Assembly: GCA_964494915.1 (NCBI GenBank)
Contig: CAZBTP010000002.1
Span: 1 to 52,917, forward strand
Direction: 5' to 3'
DNA from: Candidatus Woesearchaeota archaeon
GTDB taxonomy: Archaea > Nanobdellota > Nanobdellia > Pacearchaeales > GW2011-AR1
Length of the DNA: 52,917 bases
Shown: positions 9,064-18,656 of the stretch, piece by piece
Numbering within the stretch: the stretch's first letter is position 1
Layout of the letters: the number at the start of each line of letters is the position of its first letter
Program-made: the position numbers and the translations under genes
The notes under the pieces: generated by a model
What the model was told of the DNA's origin: nothing
Seen by the model: the letters and a program-made list of their open reading frames with translations, nothing else
The model's database searches: none

Positions 9064-9417
9064 TTAGGCTGCTTTTCTTCGATTCCAGTAGAGAAAGCCG
9101 CGGAGATTGTAGCCGACTCGTGCGGCTGCGTAGTTGTCTGTTTTTTCCTCGTCAATGATACCGCGCGCGTGACCTGATTCGTGATATCGTACGAAAGGAT
9201 CTTCGGTTGCGAGGTAGATTGCGTGTTCTGATGGAACGTACATACCAAGGACGTTTGGAGGGAGTTCTGTTGGAGAGACACGATGGATTATTGCGCCTGA
9301 GTCGTAGTCAACTTCAGGTTTTTGTTTGGGATGTTTGTACGGAGGTTCTTTCCTATCTTCTTGAACAATATTCTCAAGATTTCGATATACATTGCTCACC
9401 GGCGCTGTCTCAATCAT
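9064..9417 (-). CDS. Hypothetical protein with HExxH zinc-metalloprotease motif
   Basis: 117-aa ORF containing YHESGHARG (HExxH). Its composition matches the native skewed DNA. No family recognised. Confidence 0.4.
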   Translation of the reverse strand: MIETAPVSNVYRNLENIVQEDRKEPPYKHPKQKPEVDYDSGAIIHRVSPTELPPNVLGMYVPSEHAIYLATEDPFVRYHESGHARGIIDEEKTDNYAAARVGYNLRGFLYWNRRKAA

Positions 9418-9489
9418 AGTATTCTAAAAGAGAAAGGATTTATATATATTCTTACTGTAAAAGATCAATGCGTAAAAGAGGGCGGGAAA

Positions 9490-9675
9490 GTGTTATTCCC
9501 ATTTAAAAAAAAGGATACTCAAAGAGTATGGTCTGTTGTATTTATAATAATAGGTCTTCTTATTATGATTATTAAACCATTATCTAACCTAATCGATAGT
9601 ATTGGGCTTAATTCGTTTATTACTGGATTAATAATCGCTTTTGCGGGGTTTTTTTATTTTATGGATATTCAATAA
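9490..9675 (+). CDS. Small membrane protein (tentative)
   Basis: The GTG-started C-terminal part of the 9322..9675 ORF lies clear of the opposite-strand gene and has two hydrophobic spans. It sits in an AT-rich segment. Weak call. Confidence 0.25.
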   Translation: MLFPFKKKDTQRVWSVVFIIIGLLIMIIKPLSNLIDSIGLNSFITGLIIAFAGFFYFMDIQ

Positions 9676-9676
9676 A

Positions 9677-9922
9677 ATGAAAGAGGAGAAAGAAAAACTG
9701 AAAAATATTAAAGATTTAGAATATAATCATCTTTTAAACAAACAAAATGTTTTTCTAATTGTTTTTGCGACAGCAGTTATTTCGATTATCTTGAGTAATA
9801 ACTTTCCAGAAAATCTAAGCAGATGGGGTTTAGTCCTCACTTTTATTTTAGCAATTATTCTTTCTTTACTGTACTATGGTAAAAAATTAGAAGATAAAAC
9901 AAAAGAAATTAATGATTTATAA
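9677..9922 (+). CDS. Small membrane protein
   Basis: The ATG at 9677 (MKEEKEKL) follows the previous stop directly. Two hydrophobic spans. AT-rich segment. Confidence 0.35.
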   Translation: MKEEKEKLKNIKDLEYNHLLNKQNVFLIVFATAVISIILSNNFPENLSRWGLVLTFILAIILSLLYYGKKLEDKTKEINDL

Positions 9923-10036
9923 TATCTTACCAACCTAATCGATTCAACCTACTTATTCTTAATTTTGTCATGAGGGCTCGCCTATTGGATTCTTATTGAG
10001 GGTAAGATTTAATAAACTGGGTTTCTAGAGGGATGT

Positions 10037-11518
10037 ATGAAAGAGAAGAAGGAAAAACAGGAGAAGAGTAAGGATGGGAAAGATGAGAAGGGTTTGAGTG
10101 TGAGGAAAAGTGAGGACTTTTCCAGATGGTATAGCGAGATAGTTCAGAAGGCAGAACTGGCCGATTTAAGATATAATGTTAAAGGTTTCTTGGTTTTCCG
10201 GCCTTGGAGTGTTCTTTGCATGGAGAAAATGTATGCTTATTTAGAGAGGACTTTGCAGAGAAAGGGGCATAAGCCTTATTATTTTCCAACTTTGATACCT
10301 GAGAATAATTTGAAGAAAGAGAGCGGGCATATCAGAGGATTTACTCCTGAGGTATTTTGGGTAACTGAGGCGGGCGATACAAAACTTGATGAGCGGCTTG
10401 CATTAAGACCTACTTCGGAGACTGCTTTTTATCAGATGTTTGGAATTTGGATTAGGAGTTACAAGGATATGCCCTTTAAGACTTACCAAAGGGCGAATGT
10501 TTTTAGATATGAGACCAAAGCCACAAGGCCATTTTTGAGGAGCAGAGAATTTCATTGGATTGAGACGCACTGCGCCTTTGCTTCTGAAGGTGATGCAGAA
10601 AAACAAGTTAAGGAAGACATGGAGATAACTGAAGAGGTATTGCACGATATTTTTGGTCTGCCATTTATTTTTTTTGAGAGGCCTACTTGGGATAGATTTC
10701 CAGGAGCAAGAAGGACTTTTGCAGCAGATGTTTTAAATCCTGATGGAAGGGTTGTGCAACAGCCATCAACTCATTTTATTAGTGAGGAATTTTCAAAAGC
10801 ATTTAACGTTACGTTTAAGGATAAAGATGGTAAGGATAAGTTTGCGTATATGACTTGTTATGGGCCTGCTGTTTCAAGAATCTTTGCAAGCGTCGTTATT
10901 GTTCATGGCGATGATAAAGGTTTGCGTTTTCCTTGGGAGATTGCACCATTGCAAGTTGTAATTGTGCCTGTTAGTGATGATAAGATGTTGATAAAGAAAG
11001 CTGAGGAATTAAAAAGGCAGATTGAGAAAATAGCCAGTGTTGAAGTTGATTTGAGTGAGAGAAGCGCTGGAGAGAAGTTTAATTATTGGGAGATGAAGGG
11101 AGTTCCAATAAGAATTGATCTTGGACTAAAGGATTTAGCTCAAGGAAAGGTTACTATTTTTAGAAGGGATTTGGATAAGAAAGAGCTTATTTCTGAGAAG
11201 TTGTTGATGCAACATATTGAGAAATTGTCTGAAGAGATTAGCAAGAATTTAAGGGAGCAGGCAGATGATATTTTCAAAGGCAAGATCAAGGATGTTAAAA
11301 ATGTTAAGGAAATGAAGAAAGTTATTGAAGATGGAGGAATAGCGAGATGCGGATTTTGTTCTGTAAATAAGGATGGGGAGAGCTGTGCAGCGGTTGTTGA
11401 AAAAGAAGTTGGGGCAAAGGTTAGAGGCACTAAATTAGAGAAAGAAAAGGTATCTGAAAATTGCGCTGTTTGTGGGAAGAAGGCAGGGGAAATTGTTTAT
11501 ATAGCTAGGGATTATTAA
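10037..11518 (+). CDS. proS: Prolyl-tRNA synthetase, archaeal/eukaryotic type
   Basis: Class II motifs (FRYETKATRPFLRSREFHWIE, CYGPAVSRI), an anticodon-binding domain and a C-terminal Cys-containing domain ending in Y, typical of archaeal ProRS. Confidence 0.9.
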   Translation: MKEKKEKQEKSKDGKDEKGLSVRKSEDFSRWYSEIVQKAELADLRYNVKGFLVFRPWSVLCMEKMYAYLERTLQRKGHKPYYFPTLIPENNLKKESGHIRGFTPEVFWVTEAGDTKLDERLALRPTSETAFYQMFGIWIRSYKDMPFKTYQRANVFRYETKATRPFLRSREFHWIETHCAFASEGDAEKQVKEDMEITEEVLHDIFGLPFIFFERPTWDRFPGARRTFAADVLNPDGRVVQQPSTHFISEEFSKAFNVTFKDKDGKDKFAYMTCYGPAVSRIFASVVIVHGDDKGLRFPWEIAPLQVVIVPVSDDKMLIKKAEELKRQIEKIASVEVDLSERSAGEKFNYWEMKGVPIRIDLGLKDLAQGKVTIFRRDLDKKELISEKLLMQHIEKLSEEISKNLREQADDIFKGKIKDVKNVKEMKKVIEDGGIARCGFCSVNKDGESCAAVVEKEVGAKVRGTKLEKEKVSENCAVCGKKAGEIVYIARDY

Positions 11519-11694
11519 GACCCTGAACAAAATTGTATAATGAGGGTTTTCTATTGAAATAAATCCAATTTTTAATGTGATACAATTTTATGTTTAGTAT
11601 TTCTGCAATTTTATAAGCTGGATTGTGTGAGGTTGGCTCTGTTATACATAACATACTATCTGTTATTGGTAACGTACTCTTCTTAAAAGGAGTT

Positions 11695-12219
11695 TTAGTA
11701 ATCTTGTCTGATTCTGAGTCTTTCTGGGAGGTGCGAGGTGTTGTTGATTGAGACGATTCGTAGTTCGTTGTTAATGACTTCGAGGTGGTTAATGCAAGTT
11801 GGTATTTGTATAAAGTGGGCGTTGTTTGAAGAGACTTGCATTGCCTGTGTGATAAGAATCTTGTTGACATTGCCGCTCGATACTACCAAGATGTTCTTTT
11901 TTTCGTCTCTGAGGATGGTTTTGAAGAGTTTTGCAATTTCTTCAATCTTTGTTTTGTTTCTTTGAGGATTTTTCCAGATTTCGTCTGGGACTTCACGGAG
12001 TGTTGGGCTGTAGATAATTTCGACTGGTATTTCTTTTCTGATGAGCTCTGTTGTCATAATACACCGCGGGATGTCGCTCGAGTAGATTTTATTGATATCG
12101 AGTGTTTTGATGTATTTTATGAGATGATTGATTTGGAGTCTGCCGCGTGGGGTTATTGAAAGTCCATCACGAGATTTTTCTGCGTGTCTGATGATGAAGA
12201 TGTTTTTTTTCTTTTTCAT
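11695..12219 (-). CDS. Histidine phosphatase (phosphoglycerate mutase) family protein
   Basis: N-terminal IFIIRHAEKSRDG (RHG-type catalytic motif variant). The ATG at 12219 (MKKKKN) is preferred. Confidence 0.6.
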   Translation of the reverse strand: MKKKKNIFIIRHAEKSRDGLSITPRGRLQINHLIKYIKTLDINKIYSSDIPRCIMTTELIRKEIPVEIIYSPTLREVPDEIWKNPQRNKTKIEEIAKLFKTILRDEKKNILVVSSGNVNKILITQAMQVSSNNAHFIQIPTCINHLEVINNELRIVSINNTSHLPERLRIRQDY

Positions 12220-12323
12220 TGTTCGTATAATCAATTTTCATTTATAAACTCATTGGTGTGTTAGATTAAGATCTAGGAGATTTGTCTTTTATCTTAATTC
12301 AACTTGAGGATAAATTTTAGTAT

Positions 12324-12363
12324 GTTCCGAAACCTTGTAGGTTTCTCCGTCAAAATTTGCTCC
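12324..12363. repeat. 40-nt repeat with internal 7-bp hairpin, copy 1 (upstream of TA cassette)
   Basis: gttccgaaaccttgtaggtttctccgtcaaaatttgctcc. It matches 13286-13325 at 37 of 40 positions. The internal palindrome is GAAACCT-TGT-AGGTTTC. Confidence 0.7.
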
Positions 12364-12512
12364 GCTACGCTCCGCAAACTTCGGCTAATGCAGTACGTTA
12401 TATTCAATTTGAGAGCTCTTGCAAGAATGAGGACTTATACGTTACTTATCTGAAAATAGAAATATTTAAATACTTACACATAATATAATTATTTACACAT
12501 AACGCAGTAGGT

Positions 12513-12749
12513 ATGAGAATGACAACCTTAACTTTAGCTGTTCCGGATGAAATGAAGAAGAAGATGGATTCTTTTCCAGAGATGAATTGGTCCGAAGTAG
12601 CGAGACAGGCATTTAGACAGAAAATAGAAGATATGGATTTTCTTAGAAAATTCAAAGAAAAGAGCAGACTTACCGAGGCTGATGCTTTGACATTAGGTAA
12701 AGAAGTTAGTAAATCTGTAAGTGATAGATTGCGGAAAATGGCAAAATAA
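12513..12749 (+). CDS. RHH/CopG-like antitoxin (VapB-like)
   Basis: TLAVPDEMKKKMDSFPEMNWSEVARQAFRQKIE fits a ribbon-helix-helix antitoxin. It ends 2 nt before the PIN gene. Confidence 0.6.
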   Translation: MRMTTLTLAVPDEMKKKMDSFPEMNWSEVARQAFRQKIEDMDFLRKFKEKSRLTEADALTLGKEVSKSVSDRLRKMAK

Positions 12750-12751
12750 TT

Positions 12752-13162
12752 ATGGATCTCGTTATTGATGCCAATGTTCTATTTTCAGCTTTGATTAAAG
12801 ATAGTCTTGCGTACAACCTCTTTTTTAATGAGAAATTTCATTTATTCACGCCAGAATACATCTTCACAGAGCTAGGAAAGCATAAAGAAGAGATTCTTGA
12901 GAAGACAGAAAGAACAACAGAAGAATTTTTCAGGCTGATAGAAACATTAAAACAAAGAATCTCTGTCGTTCCTTTAGAAGAATTGATGCCTTACGTTGAA
13001 GAAGCAGAAAACCTCACACCAGACCCAGATGACCTCGCATACTTTGCCCTTGCGTTAAAATTGAATTGTGCAATTTGGAGTAATGATAAAAAATTGAAAG
13101 AGCAAGATAAAGTTAGTGTCTACAATACGCACGAATTGAGTAAAATAAGCGGGCGCCTCTGA
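12752..13162 (+). CDS. PIN-domain nuclease toxin (VapC-like)
   Basis: N-terminal LVIDANVLFSALIK (first acidic residue), TELGKH and SNDKKL blocks typical of PIN domains. Confidence 0.75.
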   Translation: MDLVIDANVLFSALIKDSLAYNLFFNEKFHLFTPEYIFTELGKHKEEILEKTERTTEEFFRLIETLKQRISVVPLEELMPYVEEAENLTPDPDDLAYFALALKLNCAIWSNDKKLKEQDKVSVYNTHELSKISGRL

Positions 13163-13285
13163 ATTATTGTCTGCTTCGCATATTCTTGATAAAAAGCTCT
13201 GGCTCTCAAACTCGAGATCTTTCCCTGCAGGAACATTGCATTAATCTTTCTCGTTTCATTCGGAGAGACTAACAGGAATTTAACG

Positions 13286-13325
13286 GTTCCGAAACCTTGC
13301 AGGTTTCTCCGTCTAAATTTGCCCC
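13286..13325. repeat. 40-nt repeat with internal hairpin, copy 2 (downstream of TA cassette)
   Basis: gttccgaaaccttgcaggtttctccgtctaaatttgcccc, a direct repeat of 12324-12363. Confidence 0.7.
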
Positions 13326-13374
13326 ATCCCTAAAAATCGTTGCATTTATAATCTTCTATTCTGAAATAGGGGTT

Positions 13375-13602
13375 ATGGAGACTAAAAAGAACGTCTTTCT
13401 TTGGATTCTTTATGATTTTGCTAATTCACTTGTGTCAATAGTTTTCTTCCTCTATTTTGCTCAGTGGATAGTAATCGACAGAGGTATTTCTGATTTACAT
13501 TTTAACCTGACTTTTACAATATCGGCGCTCCTTTTGCTTTTTACAGCTCCATTTACTGTGGAACAAAAATGGAACAATAAGTTTACTTGGCGAGAGCTGT
13601 GA
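13375..13602 (+). pseudogene. N-terminal fragment of an MFS transporter (UMF1/Atg22-like)
   Basis: METKKNVFLWILYDFANSLVSIVFFLYFAQWIV matches the N-terminus of UMF1-type MFS proteins. The ORF stops after about 75 aa, whereas full-length members have about 12 TM spans. Confidence 0.4.
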
Positions 13603-13813
13603 GGATAGATATGGAAGGAGGAATCATTATGTCGGAATTTCAATTCGGCATTTTGAATGGCACACAAAATATAGGTATAAGATGTTTCAAAAGGCCGAAT
13701 TCTTCAAGCGTGCAATGCTTTCATGCCCTACTATTAGGCAAGCCAGAGAAATAGTGGGAATTAAAGAAGACGAAAAGACTGTTACCTGAAAATGTATCAA
13801 TCACCAGAGTTAA

Positions 13814-14644
13814 TCAAACATTGATAATCTGGAAGTCATCAAATTCTGCATCAATGAAGTCTGTGCGTATTCCAGCATAGCCTTCATTTACTATCGGCGA
13901 TCCTTGGTTGCCCGTGTCGTTTGCTTCAAGAATCAGCTCCCAATTTCCCGTTTTATTTCTGTCTAAAAAGAGTTTTATATTTACCTTTCCATTTATCGTA
14001 GTTATCTGGCTTTTTATACCCATCCATATGTTCTTTGGAAGAAGATCGGGGTTAGTTAATCTATTATATGTCCCCGGAAATATTCTTTTAGAAGCGAAAG
14101 TATAATATCGGCCATTGAGTTTCTTTTTTATTATGGCGTTGCCGTCTACTCTTAAACCTGAATAATAAAGATTGTTGCCGTTTTGATATCTGCTTACTAA
14201 AAGAACTCCGTTATGGGCGTCTCGATTAGGGCTAGCGCTTAATTGATCTTTCACAATTTTAAAATAGACTATCTCATGAAAATTGGTCCATTTACTTCTT
14301 GTAAAGAGTCTGAAGATATTCTGAGGATGATACCCATTATCGGTGTCTAAAGGATTGCTAGACAAGTATGTTAAGCGCCAAGGATCGTTAGTTGGAAGTT
14401 CGTTTTGAATTGTTTTTCCAGTACCATCTAGGAGAATCAACTTTGCTCCTGAATTTAGCCACCAATATGGGCTAGTACTAGAATCCTGATTTGCAGCTTC
14501 AACTAAAATACCATTAACCTTGAAGGTATAGTGAAACGGCGATGTTGCTTGTGCGGCAGTTGTCGCTTCAACTGGAATACCCATGAGAACAATAGTAAAG
14601 AAAATGAATACTCCCCAAACTCCCTTTTTTAATAATATCATCAC
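13814..14644 (-). CDS. Secreted protein, possible LamG/concanavalin-like beta-sandwich
   Basis: Signal peptide (VWGVFIFFTIVLMGIPVEA). The C-terminal block GYAGIRTDFIDAEFDDFQI resembles jelly-roll lectin/glucanase folds. The family call is tentative. Confidence 0.4.
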   Translation of the reverse strand: MMILLKKGVWGVFIFFTIVLMGIPVEATTAAQATSPFHYTFKVNGILVEAANQDSSTSPYWWLNSGAKLILLDGTGKTIQNELPTNDPWRLTYLSSNPLDTDNGYHPQNIFRLFTRSKWTNFHEIVYFKIVKDQLSASPNRDAHNGVLLVSRYQNGNNLYYSGLRVDGNAIIKKKLNGRYYTFASKRIFPGTYNRLTNPDLLPKNIWMGIKSQITTINGKVNIKLFLDRNKTGNWELILEANDTGNQGSPIVNEGYAGIRTDFIDAEFDDFQIINV

Positions 14645-14978
14645 AAAAAGCTGAATGAAATGGGTTTTATAAATTCATAGGGCGCTTCAAAGATGATTTC
14701 ATAGCCTATAAGTTTCAGCCATTTTTATTTCTCCATAGTAACCTGACTTTACAAGATAAATAGAGATAATTTTTAGTTTATGTAAAATCAGGTCACTACC
14801 GCTCTTCGGTACACAAATACATATTTAATCGAGGATAAAAACAAGCCTTATTTTATGGAAATGCTGTAACTTGTAAACTTGGGGTAGTAATAATCGGCTT
14901 CTTCAGTAATAGACTATATGTCATTGTTAAGTAATTACAGATGCAAAGATTTAAATAGATGTATATGGCCCACAAGAT

Positions 14979-16427
14979 ATGAATACATTAATGAGGAAAA
15001 TCTTATCAATAAAGAATCGAAGGAAAAATAGAAAAAAAGTCGCGGTAATAGGTATGGGTTATGTAGGCTTTCCTTTAGCATGCGCAATTGCTCAAAACGA
15101 AAAATATGAAGTTTACGGATTAGACATTGATCATGAAAAAATCGAAAAGATAAAAAATAGAATATCTCCTGTTGAAGATCGACAGGCAGAAAAGGATATC
15201 AAGAAAGTTAAAATTAACGCCACTCTAGATCCTTCGATTCTTAAGGATATGAAGTATATTGTAATTTGTGTTCCTACTTCAATAGATCATAAGAAAAATC
15301 TAGATCTTACTTCTGTTAAGAAGGCCGCATATACCATTGCCAAGAATTTGCGCAAGGGACAGATTATCGTGTTAGAGTCCACAGTAAATCCTGGAGTTTG
15401 CGAAGAAGTTGTCCTTCCCATTCTGGAAGAAACTGGTTTAATGGGCGGACTTGATTTTGAACTTGTTCATTGTCCTGAAAGAATTAATCCTGGAGATAAA
15501 AACTGGAATGTGCGTAATATTCCAAGGAATATGGGCGGATTAACAAAAGAAGGCACGAAAAAAGCTGCTTATTTTTACAGATCTTTTATCAATGCAAAAG
15601 TTAATGAAATGTCCTCTCTTAAAATAGTTGAGTCAACAAAACTAGTTGAAAACACATTCCGAGATATTAATCTCGCTTATGTTAATGAGCTTGCGAAATC
15701 TTTTGACAAATTAGGCATTGATGTAGTCGAGGTTATTCAAGGAGCTTCAAATAAGCCCTTTGCTTTTATGGCGCATTTTCCTGGATGTGGTGTTGGCGGA
15801 CATTGCATTCCTGTTGATCCTTATTATTTGATTGATTATGCAAAAAGAAACGGATTTGGTCATAATCTTCTTAAGACGGCAGGAAGGATAAATAACAGCA
15901 TGCCTAAATATACTGTTGAAAAATTAATAGCAAAACTGAAAGGTATCAACATTTCTCCAAAGGAGGCTAAAGTAGGAGTTTTAGGGGTATCGTACAAAGC
16001 AGATATAGCAGACATACGAGAAAGTCCTGCTCTTGAAATAATAAAATATCTTAAGAAAATTGGCTGTGATGTTTTTGTGTATGACCCTCACTGTCCTGAC
16101 CAATCAAATGCGGAGTTAAAGGAAATTTTGAAAGAGTGTGTTGGAGTCATTGTAGCGACAAGTCATAAAGAATTTATCAAAATAAATGATTGGAGAAATG
16201 TTAGGATTGTTATTGATGGGATGAATTGTTTAGAGGGAAAAAGTATCGAGAAAGCTGGAATACTCTATGATGGTATCGGCAGAGGAATTAAGAAAGAAAC
16301 TCCTGAAAAATCTCTTCTCTATGAGAATAAAACCAGTTATACCTCGAAAACAAAGCAGGTTATTTTCGAAAAGCCCTTTGTTTTGCTTGGCAAAATTGGG
16401 AAGGGTCTAAAAAATGAACAAAATTAA
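14979..16427 (+). CDS. Nucleotide-sugar 6-dehydrogenase (WecC/WbpA/TviB-like branch)
   Basis: Rossmann VAVIGMGYVGFPLA and catalytic GGHCIPVDPYYL. I associate that form with UDP-HexNAc dehydrogenases, not the GGxCFxKD form of Ugd/HasB. Confidence 0.8.
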   Translation: MNTLMRKILSIKNRRKNRKKVAVIGMGYVGFPLACAIAQNEKYEVYGLDIDHEKIEKIKNRISPVEDRQAEKDIKKVKINATLDPSILKDMKYIVICVPTSIDHKKNLDLTSVKKAAYTIAKNLRKGQIIVLESTVNPGVCEEVVLPILEETGLMGGLDFELVHCPERINPGDKNWNVRNIPRNMGGLTKEGTKKAAYFYRSFINAKVNEMSSLKIVESTKLVENTFRDINLAYVNELAKSFDKLGIDVVEVIQGASNKPFAFMAHFPGCGVGGHCIPVDPYYLIDYAKRNGFGHNLLKTAGRINNSMPKYTVEKLIAKLKGINISPKEAKVGVLGVSYKADIADIRESPALEIIKYLKKIGCDVFVYDPHCPDQSNAELKEILKECVGVIVATSHKEFIKINDWRNVRIVIDGMNCLEGKSIEKAGILYDGIGRGIKKETPEKSLLYENKTSYTSKTKQVIFEKPFVLLGKIGKGLKNEQN

Positions 16428-17706
16428 AAGCGAATTGATTAGGACAATAGTCGCATCTCTTATGTTTTGTTTAGTTGTCTATTTGGTTATATCTTTTAAA
16501 ATTTATACTTTTTCTGAATTTGGTTTTTTATATGTTTACACTATTTTCATCACTACATTCATGCTGAGCAGAATTGTAGGTTCTTTTTTTTATAGATCTT
16601 ATAAAAGAAGACTAAACGACGAGCAAAAAAAGAAACTAAGGGCCGGATACGAACCCAGTTTGAGTATTGTCATACCTTGCAAAAATGAGGGAAAAGAAAT
16701 TTATTCTACCATGCAGAAATGCCTTCAATCAGACTATCCTAAGAATAAAGTCGAGATTATAGCAATTAACGACGGTTCGACAGACAATACATTAAATGAA
16801 ATGCTACGTTTAAAGAGAGATTATCCTGACAGAAAAGTAAAAGTGATAAACTTTAGAAAAAATAAAGGTAAAAGAAGAGGTATGTATGTGGGTTTTAAAA
16901 AAGCTACGGGCGAGATTATCCTTCAGATAGACAGTGATAGCTATCCTGCCCCTAACGCATTTAAAAAGATCGTTGTTCCTTTTTTAGATGAAAGAGTTGG
17001 TGCTACTGTAGGACATACGGATCCTTCAAATAAAGATAAAAATTTAATGACAAAGATACAGACCGCATATTATTTCATGTCATTTAGAGCTATGAAAGCG
17101 ACAGAGAGTATTTTTGATATGGTCTTCTGCTGTTCAGGATGCTTTTCGGCTTATAGGCGCGAATATGTTTTACCCGTTCTTGATGCATGGCTAGATGAGA
17201 AATTTATGGGTAAAGAGATTATTTTCGGTGATGATAGAGCTTTAACAAATTGGATTATAAGAGAAGGATATAAAACAATTTATGTCGCAGATGCAATTGC
17301 ATATACTGCTGTTCCAGAAAAACTAAAACAATTTTTCAAACAACAAGTGAGATGGAAAAAAGGCTGGTTTATTAATTCCATGAGAATTCTTCCCGAAGTC
17401 ATAAAAAGAGATAAATTTGTGGCCTTCACTTATTTTCTTCCTTTGATTATTCTTACATTAACTACGCCCTTTCTTGCATTAAAAGCCTTGATAATTAATC
17501 CTATTTTCTTTGGTATTTCTTCCCATCATTATGTTATCGGCATAATACTAGTTTCTTTTCTGCTATTTGCGCACTATGGCCTCTATTCTAAAGAGCGTTA
17601 CGGAAAATACATGATCTTATGGTCTATTCTTAACATGACTATCTTTTCCTATATTCTCCTTTATGCGCTTTATGATTTGAGAAATATGGCCTGGGGCACA
17701 AGATGA
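16414..17706 (+). CDS. Processive family-2 glycosyltransferase, hyaluronan/chitin/NodC synthase type
   Basis: IAINDGSTD, QIDSDS, CCSGCFSAYRRE, FGDDRALTNW and KQQVRWKKGW (QxxRW), with TM spans at both ends as in class I HAS. The start overlaps the upstream gene by 14 nt. Confidence 0.8.
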   Translation: MNKIKSELIRTIVASLMFCLVVYLVISFKIYTFSEFGFLYVYTIFITTFMLSRIVGSFFYRSYKRRLNDEQKKKLRAGYEPSLSIVIPCKNEGKEIYSTMQKCLQSDYPKNKVEIIAINDGSTDNTLNEMLRLKRDYPDRKVKVINFRKNKGKRRGMYVGFKKATGEIILQIDSDSYPAPNAFKKIVVPFLDERVGATVGHTDPSNKDKNLMTKIQTAYYFMSFRAMKATESIFDMVFCCSGCFSAYRREYVLPVLDAWLDEKFMGKEIIFGDDRALTNWIIREGYKTIYVADAIAYTAVPEKLKQFFKQQVRWKKGWFINSMRILPEVIKRDKFVAFTYFLPLIILTLTTPFLALKALIINPIFFGISSHHYVIGIILVSFLLFAHYGLYSKERYGKYMILWSILNMTIFSYILLYALYDLRNMAWGTR

Positions 17707-18629
17707 AAGACAATTATTTAGCTATAATAAAGACCTTATTTTTTGCACTTATAGTTTTATTTGTAATAGTTATTACAGCAGGTTTATACTATGCTGATGA
17801 AGGGACTCATTTGAATGTTTGGAACTCTCTAAATTCAATTGAGACTGATATAAATCACCTGTTTAATGCAGAAGAGAGTTTACTTAATTACACACAAGGA
17901 GCCTCCTGCGAGTTTAGGGAACGGGGGAGAACGATAATCTTAAGACTTGATGACGTTGCCGCTTGGAGGTATAAAGAAATCTCAAGACAGATTGTTTATG
18001 AAGCTTTGGATAGAAAGATGGGAATTACTCTGGGCGTTATACCATATAATCTTGGAAGAGATCCACATGTAACAAAATGGCTAAAAGAGATAAGGACAAA
18101 TCCTTTGCTTGAAATTGCATTGCATGGGTTTAATCACGAAGAAAATGAATTTATGAATTTAACTAAAGAAGAAGCCTTGGATAAGATAGTTATGGGCAAG
18201 AACGAGATCGTGGAATCTATAGGTGTTGTTCCTGTTACATTTATTCCGCCTTACAATGAATATTCAAAAGAGCTTAGAGAAGCTTTACTTGAACAAGGCC
18301 TGAGAATATTTTCTGCAAAGGAAAATGAATACGTTATTGATGAAGAATTTATTTCAGTTGGATACAATGCTAGGACGTATGACTTTTACACAAAAAGATT
18401 TATTCCCGTTGAAGAGATAATCTCTGATTGTAAAGCATCTTTAGATAAAACAGAAACATGCGTCGTAATGATTCATCCTCAAGATTATTTATTAGAACCA
18501 CCAAGAGAGAATATAGATGAAGAAAAGTATCAAGAATTTTTAAGAACTCTAGATGAGCTGGAGAAATTAGAAGCTGAATTCAAGACATTTAAAGATCTTT
18601 TAGAATGCAGTTATAGCTTAAGAAATTAA
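17703..18629 (+). CDS. Polysaccharide deacetylase-like protein (divergent CE4/DUF2334-like)
   Basis: N-terminal TM, then RLDDVAAW and HGFNHEE, which resemble the Asp and His metal-binding motifs of polysaccharide deacetylases. ATGA overlap with the GT2 stop suggests translational coupling. Confidence 0.55.
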   Translation: MKDNYLAIIKTLFFALIVLFVIVITAGLYYADEGTHLNVWNSLNSIETDINHLFNAEESLLNYTQGASCEFRERGRTIILRLDDVAAWRYKEISRQIVYEALDRKMGITLGVIPYNLGRDPHVTKWLKEIRTNPLLEIALHGFNHEENEFMNLTKEEALDKIVMGKNEIVESIGVVPVTFIPPYNEYSKELREALLEQGLRIFSAKENEYVIDEEFISVGYNARTYDFYTKRFIPVEEIISDCKASLDKTETCVVMIHPQDYLLEPPRENIDEEKYQEFLRTLDELEKLEAEFKTFKDLLECSYSLRN

Positions 18630-18656
18630 TATCTGTAAGTCTTATTAAATATTGTT

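Noticed and set aside
13297-13374. N-terminal extension of the MFS-fragment ORF (MQVSPSKFAPSLKIVAF...).
   Set aside because: The extension is a non-ATG opening that runs through the 40-nt repeat. The recognisable MFS N-terminus begins at ATG 13375.
13640-13790. A short ORF (MFQKAEFFKRAMLSCPTIRQAREIVGIKEDEKTVT) as a possible HTH or transposase fragment.
   Set aside because: It is too short and the HTH resemblance is generic. I could not tie it to a family.
14979-17706. Calling the first two genes a hasB-hasA hyaluronan operon.
   Set aside because: The synthase resembles HAS/NodC/chitin synthases generically. The dehydrogenase carries GGHCIPVDP (UDP-HexNAc dehydrogenase-like) rather than the Ugd/HasB-type motif, and a deacetylase follows. 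The product cannot be named from sequence.
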